Below, in pieces: positions 26,761 through 39,458 of a stretch of 64,000 bases of DNA. The stretch is taken from positions 11,780,001-11,844,000 of the forward strand of contig CM060732.1 of assembly GCA_030704615.1 (NCBI GenBank). The letters run 5' to 3'. The stretch comes from Takakia lepidozioides. Taxonomy: Eukaryota; Plantae; Bryophyta. The notes under the pieces are model-generated. The model was not told the DNA's origin and did not search any database. It saw only the letters and a program-made list of their open reading frames with translations. The translations under genes and the position numbers were made by a program. Position 1 is the stretch's first letter, and every line of letters begins with the position of its first letter.

Positions 26761-27949
26761 GCCAGCCTTCGAACTCGCATGAGGTGGTTCCCTTTGCACA
26801 TCGAGTGGGCTGATCAGCACACTTTGGCGCAAAGCGGGCGTATGCCCATGAGTTAGACCGCCGGTTTTCGGGCAATTGGAGGACACAAGGGGATGGGTGA
26901 TGGAGATGGTGGGGCGAAACTTGAAGGACAGGAGGGTACCGTGCCAGACAGATCATTCGGAGGGCAATGGAAAAGCGGGGCCATACCCAAACCACCTTAT
27001 GGAATTACACAGGTTGGCAATCCTGAATCATGTCACTTCCATTTGTCGCATGTGCATTAATGAGGTGGATTCGATGCAACGTATATGGGTGTAATTCACT
27101 AATTGTGGGGGTGGGGGGGGGGTGGGGGGGGGGGGGGGTGGGGGGGGGGGGGGGGGGGGGGATTGATAGGATCGTGGGGGATGCACTCAGGGGGGAGAGA
27201 TGATGCCGCAAACAAGGCCAAATTGAGCGGGCACGCGAAAAAGCAACAACAGTCCGCCTTGACAAGCACGAACCACACACAAGTGGGGCGCCGGCGGATC
27301 TAAGGGTTTTATCTTGCGATTTGTAAGTCGTACTTCCCTATGGTTTGTTATGTCTTCTTTCTGGCTCCATCATCGCGAAGAACTGACTTTAATTTGTGGC
27401 ATGTGTAGCAACGCGCGTTTGAGAGGAAGCCATCTCCGGTAGAGTACAACTACGCCAAAGAACATGGTTGGCAATCCCTCATGAAGAATATGGCCAACAC
27501 AGAGGGGATGAGGATGAGTGCACTTACAGGGCACTAGTATGATGAGGTCGAGGGTCATGGCCAGGGGTTGGATGAGAGCTCTGTTGGACTTAGGGGAACG
27601 CCGCCTCATTAAGTGCTCTGGAAAGGGCGCGGAGTCATCAGGCTCATCGGATAGCTCTGAGTCCTCCACTGGGGATGAGGATGAGGGTGACTAGTCCTAG
27701 TCCATGTAGGTCCAGGGTCAGGCCTACTGAACCCTTGTGAGCTTTTAAGTCATTTCCTATAAATATATTTCCATCTTATTCATGTGTCGCACCGTCCGCA
27801 CCCTCGATGCATGCTTGCTCAATTGTGTACCGGTTGAATAAGAGAGAATGGAACTATAAGGTTCTCATCCCCAAATACAAAACCAGGCAAAAAACAAAAA
27901 ACCACCCCAATTCACCCCCAAAATCAAACCCCCCCCACCAGGCTGCTGC

Positions 27950-28637
27950 GACTGCAGCACGTGCTAAAGGCGACGTTGTTTTTGAGTAGGGGGTCGCAAG
28001 CAGCAACGGTAGGGCGTCGCAAACCCCATTTGCGGGGGCAACGCCCGACACCCCCATGCAGCGTGCTTTTTTTGGTCCGGGGGGTCGCAAGCCGCGACGC
28101 CCTGGCATCGCGGAGACCGCCACCTTGCCTGCGCCACGTCTTTTTTGATAAAATATGAAACAAAAGCGACGCTGGAGTGTCGCAACAACAACGCCGGGCC
28201 TCGGGGGCGGGGACCGACTCCTGCTCTTGCTGTTTTTTGCCACGCCCAATAGTCGCTTGGCGTACCAACCGGCTTACGCCACGTGTTTTTGGGTTTTAGG
28301 ATGGGACTCCCGGGCAAGTTAAAAAAAAAAAAAGGGATGCGACGCCGTGCCGGTGCCCCCACCGACGCCGTCGGCTGGAGGGCCGCAACGGCGAGATATC
28401 GCTCAAAGATGCCCCTGCCATCGGCGCGGACGGCCTGAAAAACTGACGTCCGGCAGTCGCGGGAGTTGGGGCGGGGGCTCGCGACCCCCATACGTCGTAT
28501 TTTTGCGACGTCATTTGGCAATGCCCATGCGACGGCCGGCGTCGCAAATTCTGCGTTTGCCACGTGCCCGAAAAGGGCGTTTTCCCGACGCTGCGGCGTG
28601 GCGCAGGCGTTGCAAATGCCCCCCTTTTCCTATAGTG
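27950..28637 (-). mobile_element. CACTA terminus with GCGAC/GTCGC subterminal repeats, abutting (probably inserted into) retroelement copy 2
   Basis: Ends TTTTCCTATAGTG at 28637 (reverse complement CACTATAGGAAAA); the next base is already homologous to the post-DNMT region of copy 1. Confidence 0.8.
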
Positions 28638-29479
28638 TCTCTCTACCTACTAAGACGGTACAGGCAGTGAGTGGCAGCCGGTGAGGACCATGGGGTGTAG
28701 ACATCCATGGAACACGTGGGAGGTGCTCGAGGTTCAGAGGGAGTTGGTAGCCAAGGCGGCTGTGATGGATGAGGTTGGGGATTCTTCTCGGGTTGAGGAG
28801 GTCCTCAAGGATGAGATGATGGGGCAGGATGAGGCCTTGTCATTGATTGAGCAGGCAGGGAGTACTGCTCAAGAGGTTGCGGCATAGCAACCACGAGACG
28901 CGTCCTCTACCTCTAAGTCTGCTGGACTTAAGGTTGCAGTTACGAAGGGCAATTGGGAGCCTAACATTGGACCCATTGTCACTAGAGGAGAGAGACGACG
29001 TATACTGCGGTTCTTGAGGCTTACAGGAATTGCTTTGCCTCTCGTGCTACGGTGGAGGAGCATGAGAGACATGTTCAGGTTGTTCATCGACCGGGTTTGG
29101 TCAATAGGGATGCGGATGGATTGAGTCGCAATCCATGCACGAGCCAGCAGGATGACACTGGAGCTCAGTGGCATGGTGAGACGGACGAGGAGATGGTGCC
29201 GAGATGGCATGCATCTGCCTTTTTTGTGTATCTTGGCATCGGGAGGTCTGGTTGGACCTACAACAGGGATGACTGTAGACGGAGTGTCTGAGGACCCTAA
29301 GGCTAGTGATGAGCCAGGTGGTGCCAGGGATGTACATGAGGATTCGGTTGTGTTGGACTACCTCCACACTGGAGACACGGCAGCTAGTGTGACTGCTAAG
29401 GAGATGGATTGGATCCTGCAACGAGCCAAGAGGTTCAAGTGGGAGGGGATACACCTGCTTCGAGTGTGGAAGTATGGTC

Positions 29480-30764
29480 GGGTGAGGATCGTGCATCACC
29501 CAACATAACGTGCACGGTTAGTGCGGCATGCCCATGAGGAGTGGGGCATTTTGGAGTGCGACGCACTCATAGTTTACTGCAGGGGCAGTATTGGCGGCGT
29601 GGTATGCACACAGAGGTGCAACAATTTGTGGCTAGGTACATGGTGTGTGACAGGGTGCGTGCTTCATTCAACGCCCCTACACCACAATTGCATCCTCTAT
29701 CCATCATGGGATTGGGCTATAGGTGAAGTCTTGACTTCGCAGGGCCGTTGCCACTGACGATGCGTCACCACAGATATGTGTTGGTGATGGTGGAACACTT
29801 CTCCAATTGGATTGAGTTGGTTTCATTGCCTGACAAGGCTAGTGAGGGGGCTGCGTATGCATTCCTGGATCATGTGCTTAGCCGATTCGGTGCTCCAGCT
29901 GAGGTACTCACGGACCAAGGGAGAGAGTTTTTGGGGGAGTTTCAGGCTTTGTGTGATAAAGCTTTGATAGACCACCGTACCACTTCTCGGGATCATCCTG
30001 AGGCCGATGGCTTGGCAGAGAGAGTGGTTCAGACAGTGAAGAGGGGTTTGCGCAAGTATGGCTTGCAAAAGGGACACCTAGGAGATTGGGATCTTCAGGT
30101 ACCTTGGTTAGCCATGGGCTACAGGTTTAGCAAGCAAGCATCACTTGCCTCCTTCTCACCATATTTTCTTCTCTTTGGCCGAGAGCTGGATTTGCCTACA
30201 TCTATTCGCAGGGAGGCTGCAGTAGTCCTCAACCTTGATGATCCGAATGTGTGGACACAAGCATGTGCCCAGCAGGCAGAGTTGTTCAAGAGAGCCATGC
30301 CTATGGCTTTTGAGAATCTTGCTATTGCCCAACACCGAGACACATTGAGGTATGCCACTATACGTGGAGGGGATATCGGCCAGGTGTTCGGCGTTTCCAC
30401 CCTGGAACTATGTGTATCTGCAGCAGACAGCGCCTACGACATTGGATATCACAGCAGGACGTGTGATTCTAAGGGTCAGGGAGGTGTTACCTTCAGGAGT
30501 GTTGAGGGTCGAGATGGCATGGTATGGAAGGACCATGTGCATAACTGTGCGCCATGTCACCTTCCACATGTGGATGGGAGGATAGATCCCAACCTTGTAG
30601 TGGTACCTGCAGGGTTGCGTTGCATGCTATGTGGGCATGCTCGTGGTGCCGCCACTATGCTGGTGTGTGATCGATGCTCAAGAGGTTGGCACATGGGATG
30701 CTTGACACCACCTCTTGAGAATGTTCCTGATGGAGATTGGTTATGTCCACACTGCTTGGGATAG
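29480..30764 (+). pseudogene. Integrase-PHD region of copy 2
   Basis: HAHEE.GHFG...VCDRVR, LTDQG, GLAERVV, C-terminal CMLC...CDRC...WHMGCL...WLCPHC; premature stops near 29506 and 29724. Confidence 0.88.
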
Positions 30765-31024
30765 TGGCAGTGGATATGACTAGTGGCAGCTAACAAGACA
30801 TGAGAGGCCAAGCTCATAGAAATCAATACCCGAGATCTCATGCTCAAGTTCACAGGTTGCAAGACGGCGACTAACGATGGGGCAACTCTTCTACCCGGCC
30901 TCTTGATCTATCGAGTTTGAGTATAGTAGGGACAGTGCTGGAGGACTTAGTGAGGCTATGGCCACTATCACATCTTGTGGCTACCTGGACTTAGAGGGAC
31001 CTAAGCGCCAGCTAGGGGGGCGAT

Positions 31025-31999
31025 TGTGATGGACTAGTGGCTGCACTAGTGGTGGCTAGTGGCAGCCTAATGGTGGACTAGTGGCTGCATTAGTGGTGGC
31101 TAGTGGCAGCCTAATGGTGGACTAGTGGTTGCACTAGTGGAGGCTAGTGGCAGCCTAGTGGTTGGACTAGTGGCTGCACTAGTGGTGGCTAGTGGCTGCA
31201 CTAGTAGTGACTAGTGGTTGTCTAGTGGCAGCCTAGTGGTGCACTAGTGGTGCACTAGTGATAGACTAGTGTTTGGTGTGCACATATGTTGGTGGTTTGG
31301 ACAGCGATGTAGTTGTGTAGCGATATGTATGCGCACGACAGCTGTCAAGTTATTTTACCACTAATGTGAAGTTAGCTAGGAATAGCTAGCTTTTATATAT
31401 TGATATTTGGGATTGACTCAAGTAACAATCCAGGGGCCAATACATGTTTGGGCACCTGACGTTGTTATCTTCATGGCAGATCGCGGTGGGCTCATCTTTG
31501 TCGAGTTGAGCCTCACCGCGTCTAGCTATGGCGCCGTAGTGTGGATTCCCCATGGCGTGGGGTGCACTTGGCTCGACTTAATATATGAGTGATGTTTTCA
31601 TGTACAAGTGTGTGAGTTTGAGAGAGCTTGTGTGCTTGTATCATTCTTTTCTTTATCATTGTGATGGACTAGTGACAGCCTAGTGATGGACTAGTGGCTG
31701 CACTAGTGATGGCTAGTGGCAGCCTAATGGTGGACTAGTGGCTGCACTAGTGGTGGCTAGTGACAGCCTAATGGTAGACTAGTGGCTGCACTAGTGGAGG
31801 CTAGTGGCAGCCTAGTGGTTGGACTAGTGGCTGCACTAGTGGTGGCTAGTGGCTGCACTAGTGGTGACTAGTGGTTGTCTAGTGGCAGCCTAGTGGTGCA
31901 CTAGTGGTGGACTAGTGATAGACTAGTGTTTGGTGTACACATGTGTTGTGTGGTTTTGGACAGTGATGTAGTTGTGTAGCGATATGTATGCGCACGACA
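31025..31999 (+). repeat. 3' split terminal repeats of copy 2: A1 31025-31340, gc, B 31343-31658, t, A2 31660-31999
   Basis: A = TGTGATGGACTAGT...GCGCACGACA, built from ACTAGT/CTAG micro-repeats; B = TGTCAAGTTATTTT...CTTTATCA; preceded by AGGGGGGCGAT. Confidence 0.9.
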
Positions 32000-34379
32000 A
32001 GTGGAATGGTGATGGGTTTTCCAGATCTGGCGTTGAAGCGATCAGGTTTGAATCGGTGATCTGGGGGAGTAATGTGTGCGGGAGTGGGTTGTGAGGTTAG
32101 GATGCTCGACTGGTTATCTGATGTTGCATGCTCTCCGTTTTTTTTCTAAGCAAAGCAACGTAGATTCAACATTAGGATTGTGTGGGAAGTAGAGCAAGTA
32201 GTGTTAAAGCGGAGCAAGTAGTGGGTTTGGGGATTGAATATGGGTTGATCGAAGCATGGTAGTGGGTTATGGTGTTGAGTCTAGCTGTGGGGGCGCAAGG
32301 GAAGAGTCTTGTTTAGCATGGCAGTGTTGGTGTATGAATCTAGCATTTTTGTACAATAGTAGTAGATATTTGGTTAGGTTAGTGTGGAGTGGTTAAAAGT
32401 GAAGAGTGTTTGGCTACTAGAATGTTCTCCTTTTAAACTGCTGAAGAAGGATTGTGAATTGCGTGTTGTAGTTTGCTAGTTTGTTGGGGTTTGTTACCAC
32501 CTCGGTGCTGTACAATATAGCTTTTGTGGTTTCATCTTAAAATTGAATTGGATTTTAAATAATATTCTATAGGATGTTTCTGGAATTTGTAGCAGTGTTT
32601 TTCTCGGAGCAGCGGTTAACGGAACTCATGATGAGCAGGTACTACATGCTCTGCTCTGGACACTAGAACTTTATCGATCATTTGAGATCATGTATATCAT
32701 TTGTTAAAGTTGATCCAAGTGTGTACTTCTGTTACCTCAGCTTCTTGGTCTGTTGTAGACTGTCGATGGTTTTCCAAGTTCCGTGAAATAAATTGATGGC
32801 ATGTTGCTTTTACTTTTTTGGTCAAAACATCTTCTGGGGAACCTTGTTGTGAACCTTGTTGTGGAGAATTTCTAGAGCTCTGCTTGCTTAGGTATAATTT
32901 TGCACTATATTTTCTGTTATTTGTGGGATCCATTGGTAAAATCAAGAGTGCATGGTTGCTCAGAAGCGCAGTGCGGAGTGGTGACCGGTGACCAAATTTG
33001 AAGCAGACGAAGAAGGCATGCAGCGTGTATTACTATTGGACAAATCTATTGGTGATTGGTGAGTTACATGGGCATTGTTACTATTGCTTTTATTTTATTT
33101 TCTTATATCTTTTACGTTTAGGAAGTTAGCTTAGTATATTAGTATGCTGATCTAGTACATATATGGTGATTGTTTTAGTTATGAAATGTGATGTAAGTAA
33201 GAACTAAGGCTTTGCAATACTCTGTATGTTTCTACACATGGCTACTGTCGTGGTTAGTACATCGTTTGGGCATGGTGAGCATCGAGCCAAAGGAGATGAT
33301 GACAAGACCAATTTGTCATCTCAGGGGTTATCGCAAGGGTTTAGTTTGATGGCGATTGCGTCTGAGCAGGGATTTTCGGAGGGTATACAGGGAAACCTGA
33401 GGGACTCTATAGCTTCGCAGTATTGGGGATCGCTAGACAATCTCCTTCCCACATCGTATGGAGTTTTTCAGAGCATTGAGGGGGATTTGTTACTAGATGT
33501 GGATGCCTTATCAGCTTGCACATGCACTTCGGCATTGAGCCAATTTCTTAGGAGGTATTTTTTAGAGAGTGTGGTGCAGGATGTTCTACGTGTACATACT
33601 GATGCACATGAGTCTGTCTTGGGGTAGAGTATTTTATACGTGGTGGTTCTGGTGTTTGAGGTGCCCATCAAATGTATGAGTGAATTTTCTCTTAAATAAG
33701 CTCTCATGACGTCCACGAAGCCGCTCCCACCCAATGGTGAACACTTCTCATCATAGTGGTTAAGAGGGTTGGTAGTTATGCAGCCGCCAAAGCTTCATCC
33801 TTCAAAAGACTCTTGATCTATGTGGTGAGCTTATCGCATCTGTGGGCAACCCTATTTTAACTAATTCTGGACTTTTGGCTTAAATCCAGACCAAACTTAA
33901 TATTTATTTGAATTAAAATTAATTCAAATATTAATAACATCATGGTGTAATGTGTGATTGAACTTTGTGAAATTAAATGTGATGTCATACTTGCTTCAAA
34001 ATGTGACATATAAGATGTCCATTTGACATTGAAGTGCTTGTGAAGTAACTGCAGTACTGAATAATTCATTGAACGTCCACTGGGAAGTCGAATGATGTAA
34101 TATTACATTATGTAATCATGATAAACAAATGTGTCGAATCGAACATGGGGTAGACACCTACTCTACCATACTCGATATAACTTGATAGTAATTTTGATTG
34201 AATCTTCATGTTGATAAGCACAATATTCAGAGACAATGCCATTGGAATGATGTTTTGGGTGTGAGAAGGGCAGTAAAATATTAAAATAGCTTGAAACATT
34301 AGGAAGATGACCTACTAGCGTGGTAGTAAAATAAGGTTTGGGGTGTAACTAGATATATTAAGTGCAATAAGGTCCAAGT

Positions 34380-34860
34380 TTGTGGTGAGGAGAAGGGTTT
34401 AGGGTTTGGATTTAGGGTAGAAAGAGAGAACAAATATGGAAGACTCACCTCCGTAGAATGTAAAATATAAGGGGAATTTGATATCCATGTAATCATTCTA
34501 TCATACGTTATCCAACAAAATTAAAGAAAACATTAAGAGAGAATGATACATTTATAAGAGGTAACGCATTGGTAGTACAATAAGGTTTGGAGTTTAAGTA
34601 GGGTACTACACTAAGGTTTTTGGTAAGAGTAATGATTTAGGGTACTAAGGGTCAGGCTTAAGCTTAGGGTAAGGATTAAGGGAAGGGTAAAGGGTAAGGG
34701 TAAGGGTTTAGGGTTTGGATTTAGGGTAGAAAGGGACAAACAAATATGGAAGACTCACACATGGTAGTACAATAACTTGGTTTGGAGTGTAAGTAGGGTA
34801 GTACACTAACTTGGTTTTTGGTATATGGTAAGTGTAATGGTTTAGGGTAGTAAAGGTCAG
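34380..34860 (+). repeat. Degenerate telomere-like (TTTAGGG/TAAGGG) tract within a local duplication
   Basis: cttagggtaaggattaagggaagggtaaagggtaagggtaagggtttagggtttggatttagggtag at 34663-34730; a shorter copy at 34394-34420. Confidence 0.55.
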
Positions 34861-35429
34861 GCTCCCACTCTTCCTTTTCCAGTGTACTTGGTGGTTCTTG
34901 TACACACCATCTACCAATTTCCTTTCTGGTTATTTCTTCATCATGTTGATACACTAATATGGTTTGTTTCTAGCCTGGCAGAAGGTCCCTCCATGACAAA
35001 GATATTGAGCAATGACCTTCATAAGGTATGTCCTCCAGCAAAAACTTTTTGATGAATTTGGGCACGGAGGTCTTTGAGATAAACATAGTGCTTTTGAGGT
35101 TTATCTTCATACTGATATATTGAGCTAGGCCCAGGTAAAACCACCTGCAGGAGTATGTGTACACTTTCTACATGATCCGGTCAATGCACACTACTCGTGT
35201 TAGATGGTTTCTTGTAGTTGATGCCTTGTATCAGTTTTAGATACTCTTTGGCTCATATGCTTTCATACCTCTCTACAAGTGGCTTTGTTCTATGTAGCAC
35301 CACTAAATAAATATGCATATGTAATATGCTATGTGCTTATATATGCTATGTGCTTATCATACCTTTGGAAAAACAGGCTTTAAAGCCAGGATGGTGTATA
35401 GATGGGCAGCAGGTTGCTACCATCCTACC

Positions 35430-36415
35430 TTACACTTGTTTGTGATCCATGACAACATAATCTTGTTTCTTGACATGAGAGGATGAGGAAGTAGGCCTTT
35501 CCAGCCCCTTTGGCAAATCTGTCCAGGGGTTAGAAACTACTTTGAAGAGAATCCTTATGAAGGGGTCTGGTATGCACTCCCTTACGGGGTGAGTGCATAC
35601 CACACTTACTCCATAAGGGACTGCCACACCAGGGGCTGTTTCTCCAGAGATTGTTCTGGTGACCAGAACCCCAACATCGTCCTCTCCGAGTTTGTCATTC
35701 AAAATGATCTCGTTCGGAATGCATGCCTGAATTCGGCGTTCGAATAGGGCGTTTCCGTCCTCCCCAAGAAAAAGGCACTGCAAGTTTCTCCAACAAATTT
35801 TCCCAAGATCTATAGTCGGATCCCCTTTAGTCTCACCGTTGGACGGAATTTCATTGCTTGAACAGTGAATTGTCCTTGACAATCACTATCTTCTGTGATG
35901 AAATGAGATCCCGGGTTTCTTTGAGATGTTGAATCCACAGTTTCATGCAGCGGGTGAACACAGGAGAGATCCCACACAACTGGAGTCCGGCCAATCGCCT
36001 CCTTCAATGTGTCAGCATCCATGTGTCGATAAGGCTGATGACAGGAGCCGAATGCGTCGTCACAAAAGATCAGGATAACTGAAATGGTAGACGAACACAA
36101 GTGGTGTCCGTGGCAAGTTCCTTCCCCAGAGACATTCAGGCAATCTCCTGAGGCAACCATTGACGGAGATCCAGGAAGCGACAAAAACACCCTTTGGCCT
36201 ACTTGGAACCCCATGAATTTAGTAACCTCCACTGGACAATGGAGGTTCAATAAAATCGGATTGCGGGAAGGAAGATAAACTGAACGAAAGAACGTCGTGC
36301 CACCGAAAGAAAGAGTTGAAGTAAAACTTTTTTGACGGTTTTGAATGAGAAAATCAATATGGTTTGAAAATGTAAAGTCAATGTTTGGATCTATCCCGAG
36401 ACTGATGAAAGACAA
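35430..36415 (-). pseudogene. TNP1/En-Spm-like (Transposase_23-type) accessory protein remnant
   Basis: VGQRVFL...VASGDCLNVSGEGTCHGHHL...ISVIL...PY...DTLKEAIGRTPVVWD resembles the VAxG...HGxxL...V...LP...L.EA.G...W pattern; frameshift near 35850. Confidence 0.45.
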
Positions 36416-37846
36416 TTGGAATTGAAGTGGAGTATGAGGGCGGACTATAGAACAATGTGACTACATCTATCTGAACTGTCAGAAAAAGTCACAAATGCCA
36501 ACCTCCACTAGACAGTGGAGGTTGGATGATATCTGTTGATGAAATCAACCACATGGATGAACAATGGATAATGAAGAGGCCCTCTGTAGGTGAAAAAATG
36601 ATTCTAGGGATGGATGAATAATAATGTGGTGACTGCCCAGTGGAGGTTTGGGAGTAACTTTAGACAAACAAAATCAAGTGTAGCTGGTGCACATGGAGAG
36701 TACACAAAAAAATGAGTATCATATTATCCTACGTCAGAAATGTGCAGTTGACACCCGAGATTAAGGAAGCAGAGAGAGATGCAGAGGCTGCTTCAGAAGT
36801 ACCCTATGGGCAGAGTGGTGCACGAGAGGCAAAGAGGTGCACGTTGTCAAGAGAGGTGCAGGATGTCCAGAGAGGTGCGCGAGAGAACAAAAGCAAGTGA
36901 GAGGTTCGCAATGGGAAGTTGGTGCTGTCTGGAGTCGGATGTTATATAGAGGTGACAAGTAACTTTCATCTTGAATCGCTCCAATGGCAGTGTGGTATGC
37001 TTTCTCTCCAGATCGATTGTGGCCACCGTGGATTAAGGCGGAATCGAACGGCTTATTTCAACTCGCAAAATCAAGTTTCATTGAAAGTGTGCACATTTTT
37101 CATTTACTGACAGTAGCCATTGTCACATTAATTATGCAACAACGATAACGGCCGCGATCAGACTGAATTCTATTGTACTTGTACGTTAGTAGGACTACAT
37201 GTCTGGCATCATTATCTCCATTCTATGCTTCAGTGCACTCCTGCTTCATTGCTTCATTGTTGTTTTTCAATTCACCGATGGTTTGTAAGGTGGTTTTGTG
37301 TGGTGGTTTTGTGTGCAATAGGGCTTCTGTGTGCTCGTTCTGGTAGATTAGGGTAATGGTTTAGGGTGGCGGGAGATTACCGTGCTGGTTGTATTGCTTG
37401 TTTTGTTCAATGTGGTGGTGTTTTGAGGACAGTGGTTTGGGAATAGTCCGGATGTTTATTTCTCAACCGTTCTCTTGATCCCCAAATCCAGCGTTAGTTT
37501 GTTCTTGTCAATATATTGTTGATGCATTTCTTCCCATTCCGGCTAACAGTAGGCTTCTTGCAGGCCAGAATAGACTATTCGTAGACCCATGTCATGCACA
37601 TGAGGAACAAAAAACTGGAACCTCCACTGGGCAATGGAGGTTCGTGTGATGTCTGTTTGGGGAAGCTGAAAGACATTTTTTTAAAGTCAGGACGAAATCA
37701 GATATTTCCGGGAAAAATGAAAATCATTGTGAGAGGATGTGGGAACGAGTGATGGAATGATATGTGTAACATTGTAAGTGTAACACATACTTTCCAACGA
37801 GACTGGAATACGATAATTGGGAACCTCCACTAACCAGTGGAGGTTC
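36224..37846. repeat. Dispersed ~24-28-bp palindrome (G/C)AACCTCCACT-N4-A(G/A)TGGAGGTT(C/G)
   Basis: Copies at 36224-36247, 36498-36525, 37618-37643, 37821-37846 and a half site at 36632-36648; further copies beyond the retroelement at 59463-59488 and 60599-60622 (degenerate equivalents at 50912 and 52059). Confidence 0.8.
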
Positions 37847-38493
37847 GATATTTCTTTGGGTCAGCCAGTTACACACTCTGATTATTTTTTCTGTCAGTAT
37901 GAGAAAGAGGAGCGTGGGTGGGGAACCGGTGTCTGACGATGAGTACAAGAACGTTAGTTTAAAGTGGAGCACGAGACGGTGTTCGGTAGATGTGATGGAA
38001 GCGGACCATCCAGATCAAGAACATGATGTTTTGAAACCACATGAAAAATCATGTTGGGGGTTTACCGAGCCGAACAAAGTGTCTGGGATTGACGAAAATG
38101 TGACTGTAGAATCCCCGCGAAATGCAGCCGAATCTCCCAACAATAGACCTCAAGACTACTCCCCGGAGACCCTGGCGGAAATAAGAGATAGCGTTCATGA
38201 ACACACTGATGTCTACAGATCTCCTGGCGCCTACTCCCAAAGATTCTCCGACATACACCCCTCCAGACTATTCCCCGGACACTTTGGCGAGGATAGAAGA
38301 GACCGTTTTTGGATTTCCCGCATCTCCGGGTTACTTGCCAGCATCTCCTGTATCCACCACATGATCTCCAGGATATTACCCTCCACACTTTTTCCTGGAC
38401 ACTGCAACAAGAGAGGGAGTCCTGGAACCCCTGGACGTCTCTGGATCTCCAGGATACTCCCTTGTGTCTCCTGATAGTGTCACTGGATCCCCG

Positions 38494-39198
38494 TGTCGTG
38501 CGCATACATATCGCTACACAACTACATCGCTGTCCAAAACCACACAACACATGTGCACACCACACACTAGTATACCACTAGTCTACCACTAGTCCAGCCA
38601 CTAGTCCAACCACTAGGCTACAACTAGTCAGTCACTAGGCTGCCACTACGCTGCCCACTATGGCAGTCACTAGTCCATACAATGATAAAGAAGAAGAATA
38701 CAAGCACGAGCTCATGCGAGCTCACAAAGCTGAAGCATAAACTCATGCATATATAACCTCATCACTCAAATACAAGTCAAGCCAAGTGCACCCCACGCCA
38801 TGGGGAATCCACACTACGGCGCCATAGCTAGGCGCGGTGAGGCTGAACTCGAGAAAGATGAGCCTCCCGCGCTTGCCGTGAAGATAACCACTCCAGGGCC
38901 TAAATCTGCTTTGACCCCTGGATTGACACTTGGGCCAATCCCAAATGTCAATATGTAAAAGCTAGCTATTTCCTAGCTAGTTTCACACTAGTGGTAAAAT
39001 AACTTGACAGCTGTCGTGCGCATACATATCGCTACACAACTACATCGCTGTCCAAAACCACACAACACATGTGCACACCACACACTAGTATACCACTAGT
39101 CTACCACTAGTCCAGCCACTAGTCCAACCACTAGGCTACAACTAGTCAGTCACTAGGCTGCCACTACGTGCCCACTATGGCAGTCACTAGTCCATACA
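38494..39198 (-). repeat. 3' terminal repeats: A1 39198-39012, gc, B2 39009-38683, t, A2 38681-38494
   Basis: A1 and A2 are 187/188 bp and near-identical; B2 is 327 bp and matches B1 at 50287-50617 and 58838-59164. Confidence 0.92.
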
Positions 39199-39210
39199 AT
39201 CGCCCCCCTA
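39199..39210 (-). other. Short polypurine tract (TAGGGGGGCGAT) immediately upstream of repeat A1
   Basis: Minus strand reads gctaggggggcgat-TGTATGG; conserved in copy 2 at 31013-31024. Confidence 0.65.
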
Positions 39211-39458
39211 GCTGGTGCTTAGGTCCCTCTAAGTCCAGGTAGCCACAAGATGTGATAGTGACCATAGCCTCACTAAGTCCTCCACCACTATCCCTACTAC
39301 ACTCAAACTCGATAGATCAAGAGGCCGGGTGCAAGAGTTGCCCCATCGTTAGTCGCCGTCTTGCAACCTGTGAACTTGAGCTTGGGATCTCATGTATTGA
39401 CTCCTATGAGCTTGGCCTCCCATGTCTTGTTAGCTGCCTCCAGTCATGTCCACTGCCA

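Larger units (their letters stand above)
28638..31999 (+). mobile_element. Decayed, 5'-truncated copy 2 of the DNMT/PHD Ty3-gypsy element
   Basis: Collinear with the reverse complement of 42845-38494: post-DNMT linker, TAG CAA CCA at 28885-28893, RT/RNaseH mostly deleted, integrase-PHD with stops and frameshifts, PPT, A-B-A end. Confidence 0.92.

Noticed and set aside
25604-26995. ORFs of 150-217 aa as genes
   Set aside because: No recognisable domain, and frames are not preserved in the homologous copy at 53780-55390
27105-27160. Long G tract as a functional G-quadruplex
   Set aside because: Similar G/C homopolymers are scattered through the window and their lengths are unreliable in this assembly
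34380-34860. True telomere or chromosome-fusion site
   Set aside because: Only a few degenerate units embedded in a local duplication
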